A program made the translations under genes and the position numbers. The notes beneath the pieces were generated by a model. It worked only from the letters and a program-made list of their open reading frames with translations. It did no database searches and was not told the DNA's origin. A DNA stretch of 64,000 nt, taken from positions 158,907 through 222,906 of the IMG/VR virus record IMGVR_UViG_3300013233_000093, one strand, 5' to 3'. This document shows, piece after piece, positions 1 through 9,645 of this stretch (its first letter is position 1; the number at the start of each line of letters is the position of its first letter).

Positions 1-5
1 CACAC

Positions 6-50
6 CTACCCACTGGCATTGCCAGTGGGTAGTATGCAGGTTTTATTTTT
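6..50. terminator. Stem-loop followed by TATGC and T-run
   Basis: CTACCCACTGGC-att-GCCAGTGGGTAG, then TATGCAGGTTTTATTTTT. Confidence 0.7.
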
Positions 51-95
51 ACCATCGCCACTGTACTATGAACCTATTATAGAAGGATTAATAAA

Positions 96-1028
96 ATGTC
101 AGATTTAACCACAGCAATACAAGTTAAGCATGAACGACACTACGGCAATTACCCATTCAAGGCACGGGGATTTATTGTTAAGTTCGAAAATGACTGCATC
201 GTAGTATCAACAGATGACAGTTATGCGGATGATCCTAAAATAGAGGTATGGGGCGTATCAAGCCTTTGCGAAGACAGCACATTAATCAGGGTCAATGTCT
301 GTAACCCCGACGGCAGAAATTCGTTCACTAGCGAGTGGGTTATGCCAAACAGCCTTTATCCAGAGGGGTTTCGTAACCCTAACGATCTTTGGGCAGATGA
401 TGCGAATTACTGGGAAGTGCATTACCAGGCAGGCCACCAATTAGCCGTCGGGATTGAGTTTCAAGATAACGTTAAGCTTATTGATGCTACAAACACTAAC
501 CCGCTCTACAAGTTATTGACTTGCATTGCTAACGGTGATTTTAGCATAGCACCTTTAGACGAGGATGTCGCTACACATGCAAGGCTATTAGCCACGTATC
601 ACGCATTATCTGATAAAACACGGTCTATGGTTAAAGAAGAGTTAGTTACGCTGGGTATACCTTGCATGGCGGCGCTAGATGAGTTTGACATCCACGCTCT
701 TTCTACCTACGACGATCATTACGAAGCCATACGTAAAGTAGTATCGAAGGGCAAGCAAGATGGCGTCCTTCTATCTGATAACGATTCGACGAAGGTGAAA
801 ATGCAAACGTTTCGTTATATGACGGAAGGACTTGCGCTTATCGCCCTATACCCTTCCGTAAGCAATGATTTATACAAACTGTTGCGTACTCATAACAAAA
901 CACGTCTATGTGATTTGTCAGAAGCCCGCACCGAGTACGTTTTACAGGAAGCGATGGCGTTATGCAACTGGCTTATGAAATACAATCCACTAATCCAACA
1001 AGTATCAGGAGATGCTAATAATGTTTAA
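96..1028 (+). CDS. Hypothetical protein
   Basis: 310-aa ORF, AAGGA RBS upstream, no recognisable motif. Confidence 0.8.
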   Translation: MSDLTTAIQVKHERHYGNYPFKARGFIVKFENDCIVVSTDDSYADDPKIEVWGVSSLCEDSTLIRVNVCNPDGRNSFTSEWVMPNSLYPEGFRNPNDLWADDANYWEVHYQAGHQLAVGIEFQDNVKLIDATNTNPLYKLLTCIANGDFSIAPLDEDVATHARLLATYHALSDKTRSMVKEELVTLGIPCMAALDEFDIHALSTYDDHYEAIRKVVSKGKQDGVLLSDNDSTKVKMQTFRYMTEGLALIALYPSVSNDLYKLLRTHNKTRLCDLSEARTEYVLQEAMALCNWLMKYNPLIQQVSGDANNV

Positions 1029-1081
1029 CTTATTTGACATGCCTTAATGCACCACTGGGCCGTCGTCAGTGATCGTCGGTT

Positions 1082-1107
1082 ATTCAAAACTATATCACTA
1101 TTATGAT
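1082..1107 (+). promoter_or_regulatory. Early promoter motif (vRNAP type)
   Basis: ATTCAAAACTATATCACTATTATGAT, identical at 5038, 8061, 55215; core resembles phiKZ early TATATTAC. Confidence 0.8.
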
Positions 1108-1153
1108 AACGATCGTGTTATCTAACCTTTAAACAACCAAAGAGATTCGAACT

Positions 1154-1810
1154 ATGAGTACCGATTTAAACGCGTTTGTTGTTATGCATGATACGATTGA
1201 CCGTCTCGTAAAGTTCGGTCTGGAAGGCCGTGATGGCACCATCAAACGGATGGTGGAACGCAACGAAGACTTTTGGCGCTATGCACTTGTTGAGGAATGT
1301 GCGGAGGTGTTGAACGAACTGGGATACAAGCCTTGGAAGTCCGCCGACGTTATCAAGGCCATGCTGGAGCTGGGTGACGTGTGGTACTACGTCGTAGTAG
1401 GCTTTGGCAGGGATAGTCGTGACGACAAAATGCCTGGGGAGTTGACTGAGCTTATGCTTGGAGACGTACGTCCACGTGAAAAGACATTGCCGGATGCAGC
1501 CGTAGAGCTTATTTCGTACGCGGCGCGAAAGAAGTTACCGGAAGTGGTAACGCAAATGCGTTGCATGGTGAAGATGATGGGGTATTCCACGAACGAGTTC
1601 TTTAAGATGCAGATGTGGAAATCTGCGTTGGTAGAGCGTCGTTACGCGTACACCGACACTCACGCCGCTAAACAGGTAACTTATCGTGGCAACGAGATGA
1701 CGGATGACGCGGCACTTGCCAGTTGGCTTGGAGAGGGCACCTGGCGTGAGTCAGATGCAGAGATGGACAAGACTGAAATGCGCGACTTTCTCATGAGTAT
1801 CATGAGCTAG
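1154..1810 (+). CDS. All-alpha dimeric dUTPase/dCTPase (MazG-like fold)
   Basis: EECAEVLNELGYKPWK and ELGDVWYY motifs. Confidence 0.75.
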   Translation: MSTDLNAFVVMHDTIDRLVKFGLEGRDGTIKRMVERNEDFWRYALVEECAEVLNELGYKPWKSADVIKAMLELGDVWYYVVVGFGRDSRDDKMPGELTELMLGDVRPREKTLPDAAVELISYAARKKLPEVVTQMRCMVKMMGYSTNEFFKMQMWKSALVERRYAYTDTHAAKQVTYRGNEMTDDAALASWLGEGTWRESDAEMDKTEMRDFLMSIMS

Positions 1811-1884
1811 TCGTAAAATTACATCAACGCACAGACACTCCGTTTGTGCGTTTACATTAGAACCACCCATAGAAGGATAGAAAT

Positions 1885-2694
1885 ATGTACATTCAAACCA
1901 TGTTTACAGAGTACAAGATCACCAAGAAATTCGCTGCGGAAGCTGCTGCCATTATTGGCCGTGACCCAGTGTGGTTATTAAACGTGCTGAAGCGCAAAAC
2001 CGACCTGCCAAAGAACGTGCTGACAACCACGATTGACGAGCTAGGCACTATCGCGGGACTGGGCAATTTTTCACGGGCATTTATCACCAATGAACAGGCG
2101 GCGACCGCAACGCATCAGTTGCTGGCATGGCTACGCTTTAACGGCATTTCTATCACCCAGCTGTCAGTTGCATTGGAGTGCTCGCGAAACGCGCTTTATA
2201 AGGCTTTTCAAGACTCCAAGTTATCTGTGTCAATGCTCGGTAAGCTAGAGGAGTTTCTGACAAACATCCCCAAGTTACAATGCAGTACACAGGGGTTTCG
2301 TTTGTTACGTTCGATGAAAAACACCACGCCGCAAGGACGTGCACACACCTCTGCATCAAGGCGGTTAAACCGCACAACCTTGTCGGATTACTTCGACGAT
2401 GTAATTCCATGGTGTGAGGTCCGGCATGCCGCAGGCAAGGCAGATACATCCATGCACCAGTATCGCAGCGGTGCCGTAGCGCTGGTAGGCAAGTCCGCCG
2501 CAAGGGCACGTGCAATGGTGGAACAGTTAAACCCCGATTGCCTAGAAGAGTTTGACCGACTGCTTGTAATCCGCGATCGTGGTCATACATCGAGACGCGT
2601 ATCAGAAATGTCTGTATTAACCCGGGAGCTCTCCACGTTAGACGACGAGGAATTTGAGCGCGTGTTAGCCAAGTGTCTTGCGTCTTTTAGCTAG
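1885..2694 (+). CDS. Multi-HTH (XRE-like) DNA-binding protein
   Basis: WLRFNGISITQLSVALECSRNALY plus two further HTH-like segments; paralog of 2753. Confidence 0.6.
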   Translation: MYIQTMFTEYKITKKFAAEAAAIIGRDPVWLLNVLKRKTDLPKNVLTTTIDELGTIAGLGNFSRAFITNEQAATATHQLLAWLRFNGISITQLSVALECSRNALYKAFQDSKLSVSMLGKLEEFLTNIPKLQCSTQGFRLLRSMKNTTPQGRAHTSASRRLNRTTLSDYFDDVIPWCEVRHAAGKADTSMHQYRSGAVALVGKSAARARAMVEQLNPDCLEEFDRLLVIRDRGHTSRRVSEMSVLTRELSTLDDEEFERVLAKCLASFS

Positions 2695-2752
2695 GCCATA
2701 ACTTACAGCGACGGTTCATGTGAACCGTCGTAATTACCAAAGGATCGTTTTT

Positions 2753-3535
2753 ATGTATTTACAACTGAAGTACGTTACACAGACACTGCCTGATTATAAG
2801 GCCATTGCACGCACCACGGGTCGTGATGCATTTTGGTGCAAGGGGGTTATGAATGGCCTCTCCATACCAGTGGGTATCGCCAGAGAGTTCGTACGTGAGC
2901 TGGCTACCTGTGATCCGATATACAAGAAAGCATATCTCTCTATAGGAGAGCGTATGACGTTAGGCGAGGAAGTCCGTGCCTGGATGAAAGCCTATGGAGT
3001 CACACGCAAGGAGTTTGGTCGTCTGTGTGGGCATAGCGGTCCATGGGTGGGTAAGGTACTCATGGGTGAGTACATCGACCCTCTGGCATCACAGGCGGCA
3101 GTAAGGCTTATCAACAAACTTAACCCACAGAACAAGTCTTTAATGCAAAGACTTATCTCCGCTTCTAGCAAGAAGCGGAGCAACAAACATATGTATCCCT
3201 TCCGGGACAGCTGGTGTTTGTTTATTGAGAAAGTTATGCATGAGGAGGGTTTGTCGTGCGCTGATGTAGAACGTATCTGTGATAAAGCTACGGGTTGGCT
3301 GCATCCCCGATTGTCTGGGAGAGAAGTGGGGTCTGCTATCATGATGCGTGATTTAGAAGACATTATTCCAGAACGTCACATGCGTCCATACCGGACACAT
3401 TGCGTTAATCGACTCAAGCGGTTCTCACCGGAACGACTTGAGACATGGAGCGAAAGCTCGTCCTTATTATTCAATCTGGATGATGATAAAATGAAAGACG
3501 TATTGAAACAACTGCGATTTGACTTAAGGAGTTAA
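2753..3535 (+). CDS. Multi-HTH (XRE-like) DNA-binding protein
   Basis: WMKAYGVTRKEFGRLCGHSGPWVGKV; MHEEGLSCADVERIC; start moved to ATG 2753 after AAGGA; hairpin at 2709-2730. Confidence 0.6.
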   Translation: MYLQLKYVTQTLPDYKAIARTTGRDAFWCKGVMNGLSIPVGIAREFVRELATCDPIYKKAYLSIGERMTLGEEVRAWMKAYGVTRKEFGRLCGHSGPWVGKVLMGEYIDPLASQAAVRLINKLNPQNKSLMQRLISASSKKRSNKHMYPFRDSWCLFIEKVMHEEGLSCADVERICDKATGWLHPRLSGREVGSAIMMRDLEDIIPERHMRPYRTHCVNRLKRFSPERLETWSESSSLLFNLDDDKMKDVLKQLRFDLRS

Positions 3536-3539
3536 AAAC

Positions 3540-3809
3540 ATGCGACCAGAAACAACTTTCGGAATCAACCTCCGAGCTTGGAGAAAGAAACACGGCATTA
3601 CCCCACGTACAGTGGCGTTTAAAACCGACATCAGTCTAGGGCATTACCGTCACATTGAGCAATCAAAACGACGCTTTAGTGAAGACTGGGCTAACGCGTT
3701 AATGGTATACATGACGGGCGTCGATGCGTCAGTGAGCACCAAGTACTTCGGTGGCACCCTAGAAGGGGCTGTAACGTACGAACGCACTGCACGAGGAGGA
3801 AACCCATGA
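3540..3809 (+). CDS. XRE-family HTH protein
   Basis: FGINLRAWRKKHGITPRTVAFKTDISLGHYRHIEQ. Confidence 0.75.
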   Translation: MRPETTFGINLRAWRKKHGITPRTVAFKTDISLGHYRHIEQSKRRFSEDWANALMVYMTGVDASVSTKYFGGTLEGAVTYERTARGGNP

Positions 3810-4282
3810 AGTCATTTAGCAATCAGCTCCGTGGCCTCTTTGGCGGGAACACAGAGACACGCGACGAGTTAGACGATCTCATTGATCTGCTGGAACCGTT
3901 GAACGTGTTGCCGGGCGATGTCACCGACCTGCATTTAATGCAGCCGATGGTGCAGCAGATTGTCCGCGATCGAATCCGTCCCATTTCCATGGCGCGCTGT
4001 GATAGTTCAGAGGTGTGTAATATCACCGCTGGCGTCATGCATGTGGTGGACAACCATCGTAATAAACAAGACATGGCTGTGTCTACTGTAGAGATGATAC
4101 TGGGCATGACCATCTCCATGCAAGAGGATTTAATCGCCTCTTTCTTAGAGCGGTCAAATCCTCGCATTCACACATATGTACGTGCCACTGCGTACGACGC
4201 GAAGCATTTAGTCAACGTGCCATTACACGCGCTGACCGAAGATAACAACTACGTGAAAGAGTTCATCTCTAATCGCAGTTAA
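3806..4282 (+). CDS. Hypothetical protein
   Basis: ATGA overlap, GGAGG RBS. Confidence 0.75.
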   Translation: MKSFSNQLRGLFGGNTETRDELDDLIDLLEPLNVLPGDVTDLHLMQPMVQQIVRDRIRPISMARCDSSEVCNITAGVMHVVDNHRNKQDMAVSTVEMILGMTISMQEDLIASFLERSNPRIHTYVRATAYDAKHLVNVPLHALTEDNNYVKEFISNRS

Positions 4283-4292
4283 CCACTAACTA

Positions 4293-4340
4293 CACCATGC
4301 CTAATTTAGGCATGGTGCTCTATACCACTTTTTATTTTTA
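4293..4340 (+). terminator. Stem-loop with downstream T-run
   Basis: CACCATGCCTAA-t-TTAGGCATGGTG then T-rich tract. Confidence 0.6.
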
Positions 4341-4353
4341 TAGGATTTTTAGC

Positions 4354-5007
4354 ATGTGGAACAATCTTAAATACCACCTTGGGTTTGCGAGCGAGGCTTA
4401 TCTCAGGGATAGACTATCTGCGATACACGCCGAAGTTAAGGAATACTACGACCCTGTGGACGCGTTAGAATACATCTATCCGTATATGAAGAAGGGCCGT
4501 ACCACGGTATCTGATGTCAAGGCAGTCGAAGAACGGCAGTGTATATGGAAGCTCAAAGTCTCAGTTATAATGGAGATTGTAGCAGACGTCGCGTGCATGC
4601 GTCATGAGTGGCGCGATACGCTAAACACTGCGTTACAGGAAGAACACCTCTTTGTAGCGGATAAGTTATACGACCATGACCGTGCGTTTATATTGTCAGA
4701 CCTACATATACTGGAGGAAATCAAGTCGGTTGTAAAACACGTACGGCTTTTAGAACACAACTCGCCCAAAGCCTTCACGCCATCGCCGACCAAAAAGACG
4801 GCGTCTAAAAAGAATAACGCGGAACTACGTGGGTTTATTGCAGGGACGCTAACGGATAGGCAGCTTAATATGCCATGCCTCGCTTCCGGTGCGATAAAAA
4901 ACCTTGCGGGGTTGTTACACCATGAGACGGAGTTTAACAATGCCTGTAACTCATTAAAGCATTACAACGAAGTTTACATCGAGGCGAAGGTGTATTTCAT
5001 GCGATGA
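4354..5007 (+). CDS. Hypothetical protein
   Basis: Start moved to MWNNLK after AGGA; the longer start lies in the hairpin. Confidence 0.7.
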   Translation: MWNNLKYHLGFASEAYLRDRLSAIHAEVKEYYDPVDALEYIYPYMKKGRTTVSDVKAVEERQCIWKLKVSVIMEIVADVACMRHEWRDTLNTALQEEHLFVADKLYDHDRAFILSDLHILEEIKSVVKHVRLLEHNSPKAFTPSPTKKTASKKNNAELRGFIAGTLTDRQLNMPCLASGAIKNLAGLLHHETEFNNACNSLKHYNEVYIEAKVYFMR

Positions 5008-5037
5008 GGCTGTACTCAGTTTCTGTGTTTACCAAAT

Positions 5038-5063
5038 ATTCAAAACTATATCACTATTATGAT
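5038..5063 (+). promoter_or_regulatory. Early promoter motif
   Basis: Exact 26-nt copy of the 1082 motif. Confidence 0.8.
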
Positions 5064-5109
5064 GGACAACGTGTTGTTGTCTTTACTTTAACCAAAGAGA
5101 AATAGAACT

Positions 5110-5757
5110 ATGAACATCGCACAAATCGACAGCAGCGCAGAGCATCCACATCACAGCATTCCGGTGCTAACAACACTGCACTACGTGCTGTCTAAAATGA
5201 AAGACGGTGAAACAATGACCGCTAAGAAGCTGCATTTAGTAACCGGTATTACAGTTACTGGATGGGGTGCGCTAGCGAATGATGTAGAAAAGGTGACACA
5301 GGAAGAGATCTACAATGTGGCACGTAATTGGCGGCAAGCAACCGACCTGGATGCGGGACGGTGCGTTACAGCAGTGCCCGTAGGTCAGAACCAGTTATAC
5401 CTGCAGGTGGATACAAAATCCACCAGCGGCGGGAGCGTCGTGCACTTCGGCCACGAAAGCTGTGATGACATGGGCGAGTTCCTTGGCATCATGACAAACG
5501 AGGACGTGTTAGTGGTAATGTATGAAAACGGCATTACAGTACTACGTATGTTGCAAGGCGGGTTCCGTAAAGTTTGCGCCGCTATCTCTAAAGACACTCA
5601 CCGTATGGAGATGCTCTATAACATGATCGTCACCGACGGCGGCGTTGTGATTTACTATTACGCTTCTGGTGAGCGTATGTTGATACTTATCCCAAATGAG
5701 GATATTGCCGCCACGGGCGTCGTGCACGAGATGCCCGACACTGCCGTGATGCATTAA
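5110..5757 (+). CDS. Hypothetical early protein
   Basis: Between promoter and terminator. Confidence 0.8.
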   Translation: MNIAQIDSSAEHPHHSIPVLTTLHYVLSKMKDGETMTAKKLHLVTGITVTGWGALANDVEKVTQEEIYNVARNWRQATDLDAGRCVTAVPVGQNQLYLQVDTKSTSGGSVVHFGHESCDDMGEFLGIMTNEDVLVVMYENGITVLRMLQGGFRKVCAAISKDTHRMEMLYNMIVTDGGVVIYYYASGERMLILIPNEDIAATGVVHEMPDTAVMH

Positions 5758-5766
5758 CAGTTGAAC

Positions 5767-5802
5767 AGGGAGTCCTCGATGGAGGACGCCTTTTTCTTTT
5801 TT
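5767..5802 (+). terminator. Intrinsic terminator
   Basis: GTCCTC-gatg-GAGGAC stem followed by long T-run. Confidence 0.65.
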
Positions 5803-5849
5803 ATTATATCGAACAGTATTACTTGACTATAACTACGAGAGCTTATAAC

Positions 5850-6374
5850 ATGCAAAACGAAAAACAGATCCGTGCTACGTTACGCGGTATTATCAGAGAC
5901 CACTTAAAATCCGTAAAGCATCTTAAGTGTGACCCCATGTACTTTACATCAGATATACTGATCTCAAAACTTGGACTGGATCTACTGGTCAATGGCCGCA
6001 GTCACGATCTGCAAATGAAGATGAACGCATTGGACACTAAGTCGTTGCAGTCACTGGCGACGCAGTTACATTGGTGTGTTACTAATTACAACATGAAGCT
6101 TAAACTCATTGCCATTACGAGATCCATGGTAATGTGCAGCACTAAGTTTAGTAGCGATGCTGTCATCGACTTTGATGCGGAACGACAAGCGTTGTATTTA
6201 AACGCTACGGGCGTATTGTTAAAGATGCCGTTATTGTTACTGCGCACCGACTTCCACGTAGCAAAACGTTGTATCTCCGGCGCATGTCACCAAATCATCT
6301 TTGGTAAAGAGTTTACACCGTGCACAGAGGAAGACTTCAACACGCCGTGGGCACGTGAGTGGAGTGTCCAATGA
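5850..6374 (+). CDS. Hypothetical protein
   Basis: ATG start MQNEK, operon continuity. Confidence 0.7.
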   Translation: MQNEKQIRATLRGIIRDHLKSVKHLKCDPMYFTSDILISKLGLDLLVNGRSHDLQMKMNALDTKSLQSLATQLHWCVTNYNMKLKLIAITRSMVMCSTKFSSDAVIDFDAERQALYLNATGVLLKMPLLLLRTDFHVAKRCISGACHQIIFGKEFTPCTEEDFNTPWAREWSVQ

Positions 6375-6493
6375 ACCTTCGAACGCTGTTGTTACTGACG
6401 TGTCTTGGCACTGCGTGGCTGTACGGATCCAATCACAACTGGTTTACTGACGGTGAGATTAAGCCCATGAGTTCGTTGTTCTACGGAGAATAG
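6371..6493 (+). CDS. Small secreted or membrane peptide (40 aa)
   Basis: MNLRTLLLLTCLGTAWLYG...; GGAG RBS, ATGA overlap; below ORF-track cutoff. Confidence 0.65.
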   Translation: MNLRTLLLLTCLGTAWLYGSNHNWFTDGEIKPMSSLFYGE

Positions 6494-6495
6494 CC

Positions 6496-6912
6496 ATGCA
6501 CAGCAAAGACGGGGTAGAAATGGCCATTAACGTTATAATGAGAATAATGTTAGTTGGTGTTGGATGGGTTATTCACGCAGCACACATGTCGGACGCACAA
6601 GCGCTGACGTTCACTGTTTGCGCGGTGTTGGTTACGTCCATGCCGGACATACTCGCATACACATTTACCGTGATGCCCGAACTGCGTAAGCGCAGGCGCA
6701 GTGAGCGGTTGAAGGGGATGTTCACTATGGCCACGTTGATGCACAACGCAGGTAAGCGCAGTAAGTGCCTCGGCTATCAGTTTGCAAAAGACGCGGGGTT
6801 TCAAAGACCCTCGTTCACACACAGTTTTAGAGATTTTGACGACGATGAACTGAAAGAACAGCACGCGCTTCTTAAAGACGTCGTTAACAAATTGGGGATT
6901 ACGGTAAAATGA
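6496..6912 (+). CDS. Membrane protein (2 TM)
   Basis: Two N-terminal hydrophobic segments. Confidence 0.7.
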   Translation: MHSKDGVEMAINVIMRIMLVGVGWVIHAAHMSDAQALTFTVCAVLVTSMPDILAYTFTVMPELRKRRRSERLKGMFTMATLMHNAGKRSKCLGYQFAKDAGFQRPSFTHSFRDFDDDELKEQHALLKDVVNKLGITVK

Positions 6913-7097
6913 ACGACTATATTAACAACGAGTTTGCTAATGCTACTTCGTGGACTAAGCTAAAACTATTATACAAACTTATCAGTACAATGCCTGCGTT
7001 AAAGTGGACGCTGGTGGTTTTTGTGGTACCCAGTCTGCTGGGCACCATCATGGGCGTTGCAGGGTTAATCGGCGTCATAGGGAGTATACTACCATGA
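6909..7097 (+). CDS. Small membrane protein
   Basis: C-terminal hydrophobic stretch; overlaps both neighbours. Confidence 0.7.
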   Translation: MNDYINNEFANATSWTKLKLLYKLISTMPALKWTLVVFVVPSLLGTIMGVAGLIGVIGSILP

Positions 7098-7375
7098 TCG
7101 ACTTTATATTAGCGGCGGTAATTGGAGCGGCCACCGTGTATGCATGTCCCATAATGCTTCACGTCAGCATGGTGCCCGTCGTGATATACCGTACATTGAG
7201 ATTGTTAGTAACACCATTATCAGTGGCCTTTGTGGCCTTTGTCGCATTTAGTAATTACCAAGGACTATACAAGATGACAAGATACGAAACCAGCGTCTTA
7301 GCCATAGCGACGATCGCGTTCGCTGTAATCAACATTGTTATTTGGCTTGTTGTAAAATCCAAGAAGGATGAGTAA
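7094..7375 (+). CDS. Small membrane protein (3 TM)
   Basis: Start MIDFIL after GGAG, ATGA overlap. Confidence 0.7.
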   Translation: MIDFILAAVIGAATVYACPIMLHVSMVPVVIYRTLRLLVTPLSVAFVAFVAFSNYQGLYKMTRYETSVLAIATIAFAVINIVIWLVVKSKKDE

Positions 7376-7377
7376 CT

Positions 7378-8010
7378 ATGTTTATCGTAGTAGAAGGATC
7401 TGACGGCTCCGGTAAATCCACCGTATGCCAATACATTGTGAAGTACCTTACCGCGAATAAGATACCTTGCATATCGGTATCCGACTTAGACGGTAATCGA
7501 TACGGTGCTATGTTTAGAGATATGCTGGAAAATCCGAGGGTACCGCCACCCTCGCTGATTACCAAGACATTGTTGTTACTAACGTCCCGCTCTGAAAACG
7601 TTAATAACACTATCTTACCCGCGTTAGACGACGGCAAGGTCGTTGTATCAGATCGTTATATAGACAGCACTGTTGTGTATCAAGGAGCAGAAGGGCTGGA
7701 TGTGGGCACCTTACGCACACTAAACTCGTTTGCAACCGATAACCTGGTGCCGGATTTGACCATCCTATTACAAGTGGAACCTGATATAGCCAAGGCTAGA
7801 ATACTATCGAGCGGGGCACCCGATGAGATGGAAGCCAGTATGATGAGTCGGATATCTGAACTCAACGATCGGTATGTTAACGAGATACGACACACTACGG
7901 TATTGATTGACGCTAATCAACCCGTGACACAGGTGCTGGAAACGATACGGGAAGTGTTGGTGTCTGCGCTAGCTGACCATGTACTGGGCGACGTGATGGA
8001 TTCGCAATAA
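7378..8010 (+). CDS. tmk: Thymidylate kinase
   Basis: FIVVEGSDGSGKST P-loop, VVSDRYIDSTVVYQG, PDLTILL. Confidence 0.95.
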   Translation: MFIVVEGSDGSGKSTVCQYIVKYLTANKIPCISVSDLDGNRYGAMFRDMLENPRVPPPSLITKTLLLLTSRSENVNNTILPALDDGKVVVSDRYIDSTVVYQGAEGLDVGTLRTLNSFATDNLVPDLTILLQVEPDIAKARILSSGAPDEMEASMMSRISELNDRYVNEIRHTTVLIDANQPVTQVLETIREVLVSALADHVLGDVMDSQ

Positions 8011-8013
8011 CTA

Positions 8014-8048
8014 TAATGACTGCTGCTTGTGTGGCGGTCATTATGCTG
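8014..8048. terminator. Stem-loop ending in TATGCTG
   Basis: ATAATGACTGC...GCGGTCATTAT-GCTG. Confidence 0.6.
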
Positions 8049-8060
8049 TTCTCCAGATTT

Positions 8061-8086
8061 ATTCAAAACTATATCACTATTATGAT
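8061..8086 (+). promoter_or_regulatory. Early promoter motif
   Basis: Exact 26-nt copy. Confidence 0.8.
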
Positions 8087-8103
8087 ACTTAGGTAATGTA
8101 TTG

Positions 8104-8211
8104 ATGGTGTATTTAGTTGTAACGGCGTTTGTGTTGTGGGTACTTGCACTCGCAGTAGGCGTGGTATTCGAGGCGTTTATGTGGGCGTACGATAAGTTAA
8201 CAAATCGTTAA
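8104..8211 (+). CDS. Single-TM micropeptide (35 aa)
   Basis: MVYLVVTAFVLWVLALAVGVVFEAFMWAYDKLTNR directly after promoter. Confidence 0.6.
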   Translation: MVYLVVTAFVLWVLALAVGVVFEAFMWAYDKLTNR

Positions 8212-8261
8212 CGTGTAATCAACCAGCGACAATCATGTCGCTAAACAGAAGGTATGAAAAA

Positions 8262-8357
8262 ATGAACGAAGTGGTTTTTGGCGTGGTAATAATTGTGATG
8301 GCTTTGTCCATCATATCACTGGCCGGTATTGCTTATAAGGCGAGTGATGATGTTTAA
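8262..8357 (+). CDS. Single-TM micropeptide (31 aa)
   Basis: MNEVVFGVVIIVMALSIISLAGIAYKASDDV; AAGG RBS. Confidence 0.6.
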   Translation: MNEVVFGVVIIVMALSIISLAGIAYKASDDV

Positions 8358-9018
8358 TCCAAGATGTGAGTTTGGGCGGGCGTGCGCCACAGTAGTGCTG
8401 GAAGAAGGTATTTCCTTCATCGTGTTAACGGCCAAGCTTGAGATGGCCAACGATGTACGTTATACGTACGGGGGCAATCACACACAGTTGCCCACCAACA
8501 TGGCGGGTAGGATCATTAGATCTGATTTGTCAGACCGCAGTAAGCGCGTCCTGTATCTGGCATACATGTTAGAATGTCCAGCACCCATCCTTCATCTAGC
8601 AGGGCTGTCTGTGGAAGGCAGGAGACGTTTGGCTTCTGTGTATGCACCGGTGTCCTACACGCACCGTGTACCGTCCGCACGGAAATTGATTGCTGGTAGA
8701 AACATAAGTCTGCCTAGCAAGGCGCCGTTTAACACATTCCACAATGCCATTACCGAGCACCGTGTTAAAATGGGCGTGACCGTCACCCATTTAGCGGAAC
8801 GCGTTGGCTATAGTCGTCGTCACTTTGATAAGCTGATGCATTTATCCCACGGCTTTAAACTCGATATCTGCAGTGTGCTTGCCGATCTCATGCATCTTGA
8901 CGTAGATCAAGATCATGATCTGGTGCACTGTTACTTCGAGTCTACTGATGTGCCGGTGGTTACGTTGCCGGTGTTCGAAGAAGTGGTGGACCTATTACTA
9001 GAGGAGCATGCTAAATGA
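8347..9018 (+). CDS. XRE-HTH protein
   Basis: HRVKMGVTVTHLAERVGYSRRHFDKL; paralog of 9015. Confidence 0.7.
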   Translation: MMFNPRCEFGRACATVVLEEGISFIVLTAKLEMANDVRYTYGGNHTQLPTNMAGRIIRSDLSDRSKRVLYLAYMLECPAPILHLAGLSVEGRRRLASVYAPVSYTHRVPSARKLIAGRNISLPSKAPFNTFHNAITEHRVKMGVTVTHLAERVGYSRRHFDKLMHLSHGFKLDICSVLADLMHLDVDQDHDLVHCYFESTDVPVVTLPVFEEVVDLLLEEHAK

Positions 9019-9581
9019 ACGTCAATTATGTAATGTCATTGTTCATATCGGACATCATAAAGCCGTGTGCGGGTAAAGCTGTTTTACGCTGTGACGAGGT
9101 AGACAAGCCCAGTACCGTGCGCATGTACGAGGCTTACCTTTTGCAGTGCAAAAGTCCAATGATTGACATTGGTCATTTGAACAGCGAGCAGAAGAAGTTA
9201 CTTGCGGACGTATACAGTTCATGTAACATGCATCATGCGCTTGGTAAATACCCCTTGGCATTAGGGGACACGCATTATGCGAGATCAAAAACACCGTTTG
9301 GTGAGATGGTCAATCGTATCCGCATTAGCAATAACGTGGATATACATGAGTTTGTAAAGGGACTTAGCATCAGTCGGTCTCACTTCCGCGGGGTTTGTCA
9401 AGGCACATACACACCTCGCGTCGATTATGCCACGCGCATTGCCACCATGATGCGCCTGGGTGATGACGAGTACAAGGCCCTAGTGCGGACGTATTTTGAT
9501 TCATACGATCGATTAGCAGTACGCCCTAACACTGGCTTTGCTGCTTACGCCGCCGAGTTGATCGTGAACGCATACGACTAA
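9015..9581 (+). CDS. XRE-HTH protein
   Basis: TPFGEMVNRIRISNNVDIHEFVKGLSISRSHFRGVCQG. Confidence 0.7.
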   Translation: MNVNYVMSLFISDIIKPCAGKAVLRCDEVDKPSTVRMYEAYLLQCKSPMIDIGHLNSEQKKLLADVYSSCNMHHALGKYPLALGDTHYARSKTPFGEMVNRIRISNNVDIHEFVKGLSISRSHFRGVCQGTYTPRVDYATRIATMMRLGDDEYKALVRTYFDSYDRLAVRPNTGFAAYAAELIVNAYD

Positions 9582-9587
9582 CCACTT

Positions 9588-9645
9588 ACAGCATATACTG
9601 CATGGCTATGTGCCATGCAGTATATGTATCTTTTTTTATTTTTTA
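9588..9645. terminator. Bidirectional stem-loop between convergent genes
   Basis: CATATACTGCATGGC-tatgt-GCCATGCAGTATATG. Confidence 0.75.
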
